Below, piece by piece: positions 8,668-17,684 of a stretch of 64,000 nucleotides of DNA. The DNA comes from Dehalococcoidia bacterium. Lineage in GTDB: Bacteria; Chloroflexota; Dehalococcoidia; Lucifugimonadales; CAUZJF01. Both the position numbers and the translations under genes were made by a program. Where the stretch lies: the NCBI GenBank assembly GCA_963665215.2, contig CAXXWW010000017.1:289761-353760 (forward strand), in the 5' to 3' direction. Numbering within the stretch: position 1 is the stretch's first letter; every line of letters begins with the position of its first letter. A model generated the notes under the pieces. That model ran no database searches. It was not told where the DNA came from and saw nothing but the letters and a program-made list of their open reading frames with translations.

Positions 8668-9177
8668 CTACTGACTGACAGATTCTGCATCCATGGCCCA
8701 TCGTGCAAGCGCCTTCTCCGGCGAGGTTATTGCCTCTACCGATGTGTAGAAGAAGTCCTGCCAACCCTCCTCGGGTAGTCCGGTGAACAGCATCAGATTC
8801 AGAGGATACTGCTCACTGTCGGCAGCGCGACGGAAATCGTCTCGAAATAAGAACGTGGGCTTCCCCAGCGCAACCGCCATGCCTAACTCCACCATCACGC
8901 CTTCGTCTGGAGGAACGCCATTGACTACGGCGAATATGGCGTCTGCCGCCGCCACGTCTTCGAAATCCCTTTGGCCAATTCGATACGCCCGCCCTGTCTG
9001 CAGGAAGTCCACCTGGTTGATCCGAGCGAACGGCTCCCAAACTTCCAACCCAAGCTCCTCCAGAGCCGCCACTATGGGAGGCAGAAGCATCGTCTTCTGC
9101 TGGGCAGAGAATCCGTAAGGATTAGCCAGGTAGATAGTCTTTGTCACCTCTGGGCATCCCTGTACGTTTGCATCCAC
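8668..9177 (-). CDS. Nucleoside 2-deoxyribosyltransferase-like protein
   Basis: TIYLANPYGF ... DEGVMVELGMAVALGKPTFLF matches the NDT-family pattern (a YLAGP-like N-terminus and a catalytic Glu followed by GxAxALGKP). Confidence 0.65.
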   Translation of the reverse strand: MDANVQGCPEVTKTIYLANPYGFSAQQKTMLLPPIVAALEELGLEVWEPFARINQVDFLQTGRAYRIGQRDFEDVAAADAIFAVVNGVPPDEGVMVELGMAVALGKPTFLFRDDFRRAADSEQYPLNLMLFTGLPEEGWQDFFYTSVEAITSPEKALARWAMDAESVSQ

Positions 9178-9355
9178 CGACCAGTCAAACTGTCCTCCTA
9201 ATCCCCAGAGAGTATCACGTCACCCATCTGAGTACGGTATCGGCCCACTGGCCCCATAAGTGAGTGATCGGGTTAGGCGCCCGCGCGAGGCAGCGTAGCC
9301 CAGAACCGTGGCGGATCCGCCATCGGTCATCCCTCTCAGAACCAGCGCTCCTCGA

Positions 9356-10261
9356 TCACTCTGAGCCCTGCCGTTCGCCGAGAAACACATCCAACCCGAC
9401 GGGCGACGCCTTGCGATAGATTTCTTCCAGCGCAGGGATGAAGCTCTCCTTACCCCGCCAGAACGGGAAGCTGCCCAGCCGTTTGGGTAACGCCGCAGAG
9501 ATCGTCGGGATGCGCGCTACTCCGTACGCGTCCTCCTTTTCCGCGTTTTCCTGTCCCCAGAACTCGTCGGGATCCGCGGGAAGCGGCTCCGGCGGTGGAT
9601 GACTTGGTGCCTGCTCGGAGAAAGACCCGAGAGTCGCTTCATAACCTCCCGCCTTGCTCCTTGCTGCCGTCTGGCGTCCAACCAGGCCGACAAGCTCTCC
9701 TCGCTCTACTCCCCTCAGCTTGAAAACAAGGAACGGGTCGCGATCGAACTCCTCGCCCAAGAGGAGGTAGACCGCCGCGATGTGCTTGCAAGGGTTCGAC
9801 CAGTCGGGGCACGAGCAGTCGGTCTCAAGGTCAGCGCCCTTGTCAGGGAAGAGCGAAAGTCCTGCGTCCCTGAAGACGTCTTCGATATTATCGGGCATCT
9901 GGCCTGCCAGCAGCTTTGCCGCGAAGATAGGCTGCCCGGAAAGCGCCGTGGTCAGCTTCTTCCAGTCCGATCTGCCAAGCGTACTGACTTTGATCTCGAC
10001 CCGGTAAGGCCTGGCACGGGAGCCCTGCACCCTGGCTGTTACGGCTCCCTTTTCGACATCTATCGACAGCACCTGGCCCCGGCGAGCATAGGACCTGCCG
10101 CGACCGAGCCTCGCTCCGAGGTCGAAGCCCTCCAGAACCTCAATCCAGCGCCTTGCCCACCAGCTCCGGCCGAACCCACCCCGTCCGGACTGCGCCTTGA
10201 TGCCGCCTTTCGCCTCGCGAGGCCGGGAAGGCTCGAAGTATTCATGGTAACGATATGCCAT
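9356..10261 (-). CDS. SWIM zinc-finger protein
   Basis: It contains DCSCPDWSNPCKHIAAV (CxC...CxH SWIM signature). Its start lies 1 nt after the SNF2 stop, so translational coupling is likely. Confidence 0.8.
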   Translation of the reverse strand: MAYRYHEYFEPSRPREAKGGIKAQSGRGGFGRSWWARRWIEVLEGFDLGARLGRGRSYARRGQVLSIDVEKGAVTARVQGSRARPYRVEIKVSTLGRSDWKKLTTALSGQPIFAAKLLAGQMPDNIEDVFRDAGLSLFPDKGADLETDCSCPDWSNPCKHIAAVYLLLGEEFDRDPFLVFKLRGVERGELVGLVGRQTAARSKAGGYEATLGSFSEQAPSHPPPEPLPADPDEFWGQENAEKEDAYGVARIPTISAALPKRLGSFPFWRGKESFIPALEEIYRKASPVGLDVFLGERQGSE

Positions 10262-10262
10262 C

Positions 10263-13200
10263 CTATGCTCCTACGGCTTCCTTGCTCAGAGCCAGGACTT
10301 CCCTCAGGTCGTCGTTGGAGAGCGCCGTCAGCCAGCCCTCGTCGGCGCCGATGACTTTTTCAGCGACCTCCTTCTTGCGCTCGATCATCCCGTCGATCTT
10401 CTCTTCCAGCGTTCCTGCGCAGATGAACTTGTGGACCTGGACATTTCGCGCCTGGCCGATGCGGAAGACCCGGTCGGTTGCCTGGTTCTCGACGGCCGGG
10501 TTCCACCAGCGGTCGAAGTGGAAGACGTGGTTGGCCGAAGTGAGGTTTAATCCTGTGCCGCCGGCCTTGAGAGACAGGATGAAGATCTGCGGCCCGTCGC
10601 CCTCGTCCTGGAAGCGCTCCACCATCCGGTCGCGCTGGCGTTTCGGCACGCCGCCGTGAAGGAACAGCGCCTCCCGGCCGAACGTCTCCTGCACATGGCG
10701 TCGAAGAATGTGGCCCATCTCCGCAAACTGGCTGAAGACCAACGCCCGGTCGCCGACCTCTAAAACCTCCTCCAGCATCTCCGTCAACCTCGACAGCTTG
10801 CCGGACCGGGCGGCAATGCCGGAGTTGTCGCCCAGAAACTGCGCCGGGTGGTTGCAGACCTGCTTGAGCTTGGAGAGCGTGCCCAGGACCAGCCCTCTCC
10901 GCTGGATACCCTCGGCCGACTCCAGCGTCTCTTCCGTCTCCTTGAGGACGGCGGCGTACAGAGAGGCCTGCTCCTTCGTCAGTGAACAGAAGACCTTCAT
11001 CTCCAGCTTCTCCGGCAGGTCGGAGATGATGGACCTGTCCGTCTTGAGCCTCCGGAGGATGAACGGGCCGGTAACGCGCTTGAGGCGCTCCGCCGCGCTC
11101 GGGTCCCGCTCTGCCTGAATGGGCACGAAGAAGTTGCGCTTGAACTCGCTCTGGGACCCCAGGAAACCAGGGTTCAAAAACTCCATGATCGACCACAGGT
11201 CGCCCACGTTGTTCTCGACCGGCGTTCCGGTCAGGGCGATGCGGTAGTCGGCTTCCAGCGACCGCGCGGCCCGCGCCTGCCTGGTCTCTGGGTTCTTGAT
11301 GTTTTGGGCCTCGTCGAGCACGATGCCGCTCCACGGCACCTCCCTGAGGAACTTGACGTCCCGCTGCAACAGTCCGTAGCTGGAGACGACGATGGCGTGC
11401 CTTCCTGCCTCCTTCTCGAAAGCCGCACCTCGTTTCCTGCCGGCGCCGTGATGCACCAGCACGGGAAGTCCAGGAGTGAAGCGGGCGGCCTCCTTCTGCC
11501 AGTTGTTTACCACGGAGGTTGGGCAGACGAGGAGTACCGGCCGCTTGCCATTGGTCTGCCAATCCCGCTGGGTTAGCGCCAGGGTCTGAATCGTCTTGCC
11601 CAGGCCCATGTCGTCGGCCAAGCATGCCCCCAGGCCCCATTGACGCAGGAACGAAAGCCACGAATAGCCGCGGACCTGGTACGGCCGGAGCGTGCCCGAG
11701 AAGGCTTTCGGGGGCGCAAGCTCCTTGAACGCCACCTGTCCATCCAGCTGCTTTAGCAGCTTTCCGATCCAGCCGGTGGCCTTGACGCCGTTGAAGTCGA
11801 ATCCCTGCGGTGCGTCCTTGGTGCCGAGTGCCATCTGAATGATGTCTCGGAAGGTCGCCTTCTCGGCGCCCTTCTTCTTCCAGAAATCGATCGCCGCCTG
11901 AATCTCCGCGGCGTTCATCTCCACCCATTGACCGCGGACCCTGACAAGTGGCGCCTTCATCCGCGCAAGCGCCTCCAGCTCGCGGAGGGTGAGCTTCCGG
12001 TCTCCGAGGGCCACTTCCCAATCGAACTGGACGATCGTCTCCAGCGACAGACCGCTCCCCCCCTGCATCTTCGGGCTCTTGACGTTGGCCCGGACGGCAA
12101 GCCGGACCTTCGTACCCTTGCGGGTCCACCAGGCCGGAAGCATAACGCCATAGCCCGCCTGCTCAAGAGCAATGGATTCTTCGGTCAGGAACTGATGAGC
12201 CTTGGCGGCGTCGAGTGGGTACCCGGCAGGCTTTGCGTTCTCGAGACTGGCCGTGATGCGAGGGCAGATGCCGGAAGCCTGCCCCAGCGAGGAGAGCAAG
12301 AACTCCCGCACATTCGAGCCATTTCGCTTTAGCGCGGAGATTTTGCGGCCTCCGGCTTTCCACGCCTCGTCAACCGGGATGAGAAGACTCGGATCGTCGT
12401 GGGGTTGGAGCAGATAGCGGACGTACCATGCGTCACCGGAGGCCTTCTCGGTTCTTCCGGTATCTTCCGGTTCTTCCAGGCGGAAGCAGAGGCGAAACGG
12501 GGAACCCACTGAAACCGCAATCGGTCGCCGCCATTCGCGGACCTGTGCGGCAAGCTGCGCTAGATCTGCCGTATCTCCCTCGACGACCCCGTCTATCGAT
12601 TTCAAGGCGTGAAGCCAGGAGTCGTGCACGCTGTCAAAGGGAAGCTTGTTCTTGCGACGGCAGGCTGCCGGAGGAGATGCGTCAGAGGTTGCGGTGCGTA
12701 CCAGGTAGTCTGCCAGTGTGGCCACAAACTGCCTGAGCACTGCGGTAGAAGGCCTCTCAGGAGGCGCGGCTACATCGGGCTCTGAGAGTGCCCGCGCGGC
12801 CGCAGGCATGCGCCTGGCGAGTCCGGCAAGCCGTTCCGCGTCCATCCCGATAAAGACGGGGTCCCACGTCGCCCGGGGCTCATCCGCGTCGGTCGTAAAG
12901 CCCGGGAGAAACTGCTGCCGCGCCATCATCGATCCGGCAAAGCGGAGCACCTCCGCCCAGTACGCCAGGTCTACACCGACGATCACTCCCGCCGCGAGCA
13001 TTCGCTTGCCTATGGATGCGCACAGAAGCTGCACCGCCTCCGCTGTCGAAAATCGATAGGCTGCAACGGTCCAGGGCGCCAGCTTCGCCTTTGCACGCGA
13101 TCTGGGCGGTTCGGCGATGAGAGCGCTGGAAGGGACAGGGCTGTCACCCCTGGTTGGCAGCCAGGCCGTCACGTGGCAAGCTGGGCTTGCCGCCGGTTTG

Positions 13201-13385
13201 AGACCGAGCAACATCTTCCTTAGCGCCTCGGTCAGCTCGCCTGTGCTGGCGGCAAACGGATGCAGACTTGCATAGGGGGCTTTCGTCCCTCGCCGCCGAG
13301 AAGTAGAGCGTACACTGTCGTCCCCCGATGCTTCGCCCCAGAGAACGAGGGCGCCGTTAGACTCGCCTGCATGAAGGGTTATCAT
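10263..13385 (-). CDS. SNF2-family helicase with a long N-terminal SNF2-associated region
   Basis: It has the helicase motifs LADDMGLGKT, LLVCP, DEAQNIKN, LTGTPVEN and RIGQ. I prefer the start at 13385 (MITLHAG) because an AGGAG lies 8 nt upstream. The ORF track starts at 13418. Confidence 0.9.
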   Translation of the reverse strand: MITLHAGESNGALVLWGEASGDDSVRSTSRRRGTKAPYASLHPFAASTGELTEALRKMLLGLKPAASPACHVTAWLPTRGDSPVPSSALIAEPPRSRAKAKLAPWTVAAYRFSTAEAVQLLCASIGKRMLAAGVIVGVDLAYWAEVLRFAGSMMARQQFLPGFTTDADEPRATWDPVFIGMDAERLAGLARRMPAAARALSEPDVAAPPERPSTAVLRQFVATLADYLVRTATSDASPPAACRRKNKLPFDSVHDSWLHALKSIDGVVEGDTADLAQLAAQVREWRRPIAVSVGSPFRLCFRLEEPEDTGRTEKASGDAWYVRYLLQPHDDPSLLIPVDEAWKAGGRKISALKRNGSNVREFLLSSLGQASGICPRITASLENAKPAGYPLDAAKAHQFLTEESIALEQAGYGVMLPAWWTRKGTKVRLAVRANVKSPKMQGGSGLSLETIVQFDWEVALGDRKLTLRELEALARMKAPLVRVRGQWVEMNAAEIQAAIDFWKKKGAEKATFRDIIQMALGTKDAPQGFDFNGVKATGWIGKLLKQLDGQVAFKELAPPKAFSGTLRPYQVRGYSWLSFLRQWGLGACLADDMGLGKTIQTLALTQRDWQTNGKRPVLLVCPTSVVNNWQKEAARFTPGLPVLVHHGAGRKRGAAFEKEAGRHAIVVSSYGLLQRDVKFLREVPWSGIVLDEAQNIKNPETRQARAARSLEADYRIALTGTPVENNVGDLWSIMEFLNPGFLGSQSEFKRNFFVPIQAERDPSAAERLKRVTGPFILRRLKTDRSIISDLPEKLEMKVFCSLTKEQASLYAAVLKETEETLESAEGIQRRGLVLGTLSKLKQVCNHPAQFLGDNSGIAARSGKLSRLTEMLEEVLEVGDRALVFSQFAEMGHILRRHVQETFGREALFLHGGVPKRQRDRMVERFQDEGDGPQIFILSLKAGGTGLNLTSANHVFHFDRWWNPAVENQATDRVFRIGQARNVQVHKFICAGTLEEKIDGMIERKKEVAEKVIGADEGWLTALSNDDLREVLALSKEAVGA

Positions 13386-13515
13386 CCTGCGGCTCCTAGA
13401 GAGGCAATTCTCCCCCAATCACGTTCGTCGTTCAAGTGGCGGCACAGAGTGCAAGACACCACCCGGTGGGTAAGGCGCTGACGGCGTTTCGTGTTTGTGA
13501 CGGGCTTGGGGGCCC

Positions 13516-13556
13516 GTACACAGTACCATCTTCGAGCTGGGAGTTGAGTTATAGGA
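13516..13556. repeat. Dispersed repeat R1, copy A
   Basis: GTACACAGTACCATCTTCGAGCTGGGAG. The core CAGTACCATCTTCGAG is identical to copy B at 17282-17297. The locus is intergenic. Confidence 0.6.
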
Positions 13557-13779
13557 CGACAAGCCTTGAGTGATTGACATTCTGGAGAAGAAGGCGGACT
13601 TGTTCTTGAGAGCTACAGAGGCTAGTTCCGTGGCCAGTGTGGCCTTCGGTGACAGGCTGGATGTCCATAACCGCCAGCACAACGTCATCCCTATGGACTA
13701 CGCTGGCGGACAACGTTCCGGCTATGAACCTTTGAAAAGACAGAGGACTGTATAGGCTCCCAACTCTCGGTACCATCCG

Positions 13780-16294
13780 TCATAGGGACTTGACCGCTTC
13801 CTCGATGGCTGACGTTGCGTCCTGATAGTCCGTTCCAGGAGAGAAGCTCAACGGCTCTCCCAGCCGGACCTCGACCCTCCCCCGCCGGAGGACAGGGAAT
13901 CGTGCGGGGAAGCCTAGCCTGTGGATGTATAGGCGCAGAGGGACTACGGGAATTCGCCCCTCGACGGCAACAAGGCCGGTACCGTTCATGAAGGGCTTGA
14001 TGGGCCCTCCGACAGTGAGTTCGCCTTCCGGATATATCAGGACCGACCAGCCGTCGTCCATGATCTTCCCCATGTTCTCGAGGCTGGGCCTTACTGAGCC
14101 CTCCTTGGCCAGCGGGAAGGCGTTTCCCAATAGGGGGTTCATGATCCACCATACCGGATTCTTCCAGAGATCGGCAGCCCCGGCCACCGCCATCCGGCGG
14201 CGCCACTCGAGGGGAACCGCCTTGATGATCAACGGGTTGTCCAGGCCGAGGTTGTGGTTGGACGCGAAGAGCAAGGGGCCGGTGATGCCTTCCAGGTTCT
14301 CGCGACCCACCACCTTCAGTTTATAGGGAAGGCTGACCACCGGGAAGATGACTACCCGCTGGAGGAATCCGCGAAGGATACGGCACCACCATTGCATCCC
14401 CCAACCTGGAAAGCTCATCATAGGCGGGTTCCTTGACCCCTCTTCGACGAGAGCCTCCAGGCACCGGACCGTCATTTCCGGGCTCAACTGGCTCTCATCC
14501 ATGTAGACACCGAACTCGGCCTCTATTGCCGACAGCAACTCGACGCGGCCAAGGGAGTCCAGGTCCAGGTCGTCGCCGAGGGTTGCATCGTCCCGCACCT
14601 CCCCGGCACCTCGTTTGCTCACCTCGCTGATGATCTGGAGCAGGCTCCTTGCCCCTCCCGCCGGGCTTCCGCCTGCCGGTGATACAGCCGGACTCTCCGG
14701 CTGTATCTTTCCGAGGATGGTATCGATCACCACCCCTTTCCTTACTTTGAGGGTGTGGGTGCGGGGAAAGTCCTCCTCCGGCCAAACGGTGAAGCCCCGT
14801 ATCCTCTGCTGTTCGGCCAGTTGGCCGTTGGTCCAGGAAACAACCTCCTGGGCTGTGTCGGCGTCGTCGAGAATCAAGGCCGCGTGCACCTCAAGCGACG
14901 AGCCCCTCGTAAGCCCTACCACGGTCGCATCCGTAACGTTCGGGTGTTTCGCCAGCACCGCCTGGATGTCTTCCGGGAAGATATTCTGGCCGCTGGGGAG
15001 TACGATCATATCCTTTTTCCTGCCCTGGATGTGCAGGAACCCCTCGTCGTCGAAGAAGCCCAGGTCGCCCGTCATGTACCAGTCTCCGTCGAAGGCTGCC
15101 GCAGTCTCCTCGGGTGCACGCCAGTAACCTGGGGTGACGTTGTCCCCGCGCACCAGAATCTCGCCTTCGCTGCTGATCTTCACCTCTACGTTGGGCAGCG
15201 GGCGACCGGTGGAGCCGAGGCGACGTTCTCGTAAGCTGTGGTTGCTGATGACGGGGGATGCCTCGGTGGTCCCATACCCCCGTACGATCTTGACCCCCAG
15301 CAGTTCCCACTTGCGTCCCAGGTCCTGGTCCAGCGCCGCCCCTCCCAACACGATGAAGTCGAGCTTTCCGCCAAACTGCTTGTGGACCCGGCGGAACAGA
15401 AGGCGTCTCAGGGGAAATGGTGTCGCCGCGGCTATCCTGAGAAGCCGGTTCCAGAGGGATTCCCTTCCCTGCCGTTTCACCTCCCGCTCAATTCCGTTCA
15501 TCAGCAGCTCCAACGCCTGGGGGACGAGAAGCATGATGGTTATCCTGCGCTCACGCATCGTCCGCGCCAGAACGGTAGGCTGGCGGCTGGTCGGGTAGGT
15601 GACACTGGCACCATGGTACAGCACGATGAACAGTCCGCCCATCTGCTCGTACATGTGACTGAGAGGAAGGATGGACAGGAGCCGGCTCGAGGGGTTGCAG
15701 GAGATGTACTGGGATATACCCTCTATGTTCGCTGTCAGGTTTCGGTGCGTGAGCATGCCGCCCTTTGGGTCGCCCGTCGTGCCGGAGGTGAACATGATCT
15801 CGGCGAGATCGTCCGGCGCGATGTCCACATGCTCCGGCTGGGGCAAACCCTTGGATGGCGGCTTCCAACTCCTCGAAGGTAATTTCGGGGACCCCCCAGT
15901 CAACCTCGTCCTTCGGAGTGAGCCGCGACGTGAACGCCAGTTTCGGTTCTGTCCTGGATATGACCCTGGAAACGTAGTCGGGCGCGCTGCGAAGGTCCAG
16001 GGGGACCAATACGACTCCCGCCCTGATACACCCGAAGAAAATGAGCACCCAGTGGGGAGAGTTGGGTCCCCACAGGATGACTTGGTCCCCCATTGTCAGG
16101 CCCCGGCGCTGGAGAAGGGTCGCGACCTGTCCGGACTCGTTCCACAGCCGTGAATAGCTCCATCGCTGGTACCGGAATGCCGGCTTGAACAGGAGAGCAT
16201 CGCGGGACCCGTACCTCTCGACCGCTCCCCGGAGAAAGTCTATAACCGTCTCACCCACCGGTGCACCGGACACACGAGCATTTTTCATAGCCAC
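13780..16294 (-). pseudogene. Acyl-AMP ligase / carrier protein / lysophospholipid acyltransferase fusion, frameshifted
   Basis: The AMP-binding motif MFTSGTTGDPKG, the PP-binding motif DLDSLGRVELL and the PlsC motifs NHNLGLD and YPEGE lie on one strand. They are split over two ORFs (15551-16294 and 13780-15903) that overlap near 15850-15880. Confidence 0.75.
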
Positions 16295-16407
16295 TTCCTA
16301 GCCGCTGCAGGCAGCCAATGGTTTTAGTCCTTTGTGCAGGTGCGCGGTACAGCAGCGTTCCGGCCCGGTAAACTCCGGGCCATCACATCCACTACCCACC
16401 ACACCAG

Positions 16408-17121
16408 TCATGCAGCATGTTGTTGAATGAGCCTTCGTAGAGCTTCGCGAGGCTCCGTACGCATGGGAGGGAAGTGACTGAAGCACATGGTATCGAAGTC
16501 CAGGCCCAGGAGCTTCTCAACCGACCGCATAGCCTCCTTCGGTCGCTGGGTGACTCCAAGCGCCGGCGGGCCGAGTGTGCGGGCGAACTTGTACTGCAGT
16601 GCGTCTCCAACGATGATGGTCCCTTTGTTTGGCAGGTGGAGGGCAATGCTGCCCTCGGTGTGTCCGGGAAGGTGGACCACACGCACTTCGGTCCCGAAGG
16701 GAATAACGCCGCCGTCCTCAAACCGGTCATCAACAGGGACGGGGCTTCCCATGAGCCTGCTGAACACGGGCTGTGTCATCTTCCCGATCAGTCCGTTTTG
16801 CAGCGGGCTCGGGGGCCCCGTCGTGCCTGCGATGATGTCGGCCTCCAGCCGATGAACGGCGACTGCGATCTCCCTTCCTGCAACCAGCCTACTCAGGCCG
16901 CCCGAATGGTCCGGGTGGGCGTGGGTGATGACCACCATTCCTATCTGTTCCGGGAACAGTCCCAGGGTCTCCAGCCCCTGTAGTATCGTGCCCGAGCTTC
17001 CACGGAGCCCCGCGTCTATCAATAGCGCCTCGCCGTTCTCGACCACGACGGTTACTCTGGCGCCGATAGCCCGTATCTGGAATACCCCGCCGGTTATTGC
17101 TATCGGCATGCCGAACATCAT
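16408..17121 (-). CDS. MBL-fold metallo-hydrolase
   Basis: It carries ITHAHPDHSGG (HxHxDH) and downstream His/Asp ligands. Length is 237 aa. Confidence 0.85.
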   Translation of the reverse strand: MMFGMPIAITGGVFQIRAIGARVTVVVENGEALLIDAGLRGSSGTILQGLETLGLFPEQIGMVVITHAHPDHSGGLSRLVAGREIAVAVHRLEADIIAGTTGPPSPLQNGLIGKMTQPVFSRLMGSPVPVDDRFEDGGVIPFGTEVRVVHLPGHTEGSIALHLPNKGTIIVGDALQYKFARTLGPPALGVTQRPKEAMRSVEKLLGLDFDTMCFSHFPPMRTEPREALRRLIQQHAA

Positions 17122-17243
17122 GAGTCTCGTTTGCTCCGGCTGTCCGTCTCCGGACCTCCCGCCTCCCGTCGCCGCTCCATTAGCGTCTCACCGTCGTCCG
17201 TCTTTGGGGGCAGAAGACAGTTGCAATGAGCCGATCACGTCGG

Positions 17244-17320
17244 CCTCGAAGACCGCTTGCTGGGCCAGACTTGACAGTAGGCAGTACCATCTTCGAGTTG
17301 TTCGTGGCCCTGTGAGCCTC
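17244..17320. repeat. Dispersed repeat R1, copy B, with an inverted partial partner
   Basis: CTCGAAGA (17245-17252) and TCTTCGAG (17290-17297) are perfect inverted arms. 17274-17320 reads GTAGGCAGTACCATCTTCGAGTTGTTCGTGGCCCTGTGAGCC and aligns to the 23897-24060 repeat units. Confidence 0.6.
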
Positions 17321-17541
17321 CCAGGATCTGCCGCCCTGCAATTATGATGGTACTGCATGGGGGGCAGCAACGCCACCCATGCCCCCAACCCGCAAGACGC
17401 AGGGGAGTAGGCCATGTTGTCATCTGCCACATATTCGTCAATTCCAACTTGAGTTAGCACAGAACGCCCATCTATTATGGGGACCGGGGCGTATTTGATA
17501 AAGTCTCTGTGAGTATTTCCCCAGGGTCTTTTGGTTTTCAA

Positions 17542-17617
17542 GGATTCACCCTGTCATTCTCGCAAAAGCGGGAATCCACCACTCGGCACACCGGACTCCT
17601 GCTTTCGCAGGGGTGAC
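17542..17617. repeat. Pair of REP-like hairpin repeats
   Basis: GGATTCACCCTGTCATTCTCGCAAAAGCGGGAATCC and, inverted, GGACTCCTGCTTTCGCAGGGGTGA. Each can fold as a stem-loop. The pair lies just upstream of recN. Confidence 0.5.
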
Positions 17618-17684
17618 GAAAATTACCACCAATATGGGAGGACCGAAAGACCCTACCTACCAGGCAGGGTTTGGGGACATCGCC

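Noticed and set aside
8445-8678. A 77-aa ORF ending in a lipobox-like MIRGAVGSLTLTTAGC plus a Thr/Pro tail.
   Set aside because: At best it would be a 33-aa lipoprotein stub that stops almost immediately after the signal peptide. It is probably a relic or chance ORF.
10360-12129. A 589-aa ORF in another frame of the SNF2 gene.
   Set aside because: It lies on the same strand as the helicase but out of frame. It is Arg/Gly/Pro-rich and carries none of the helicase motifs, which are all in the 10263-13385 frame.
13748-13780. A possible inverted partner of R1 copy A, which would make a ~265-bp MITE-like unit at 13516-13780.
   Set aside because: Only short colinear blocks match (GGTACC, GAG, TGGGAG, TATA). 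That is too weak to claim without a proper alignment.
17188-17541. A 117-aa minus ORF between the MBL hydrolase gene and recN, together with the ORF-track recN start at 17613.
   Set aside because: The ORF spans R1 repeat copies and has no recognisable motifs. The 17613 start would translate through the REP-like hairpins, whereas the canonical RecN N-terminus begins at 17685.
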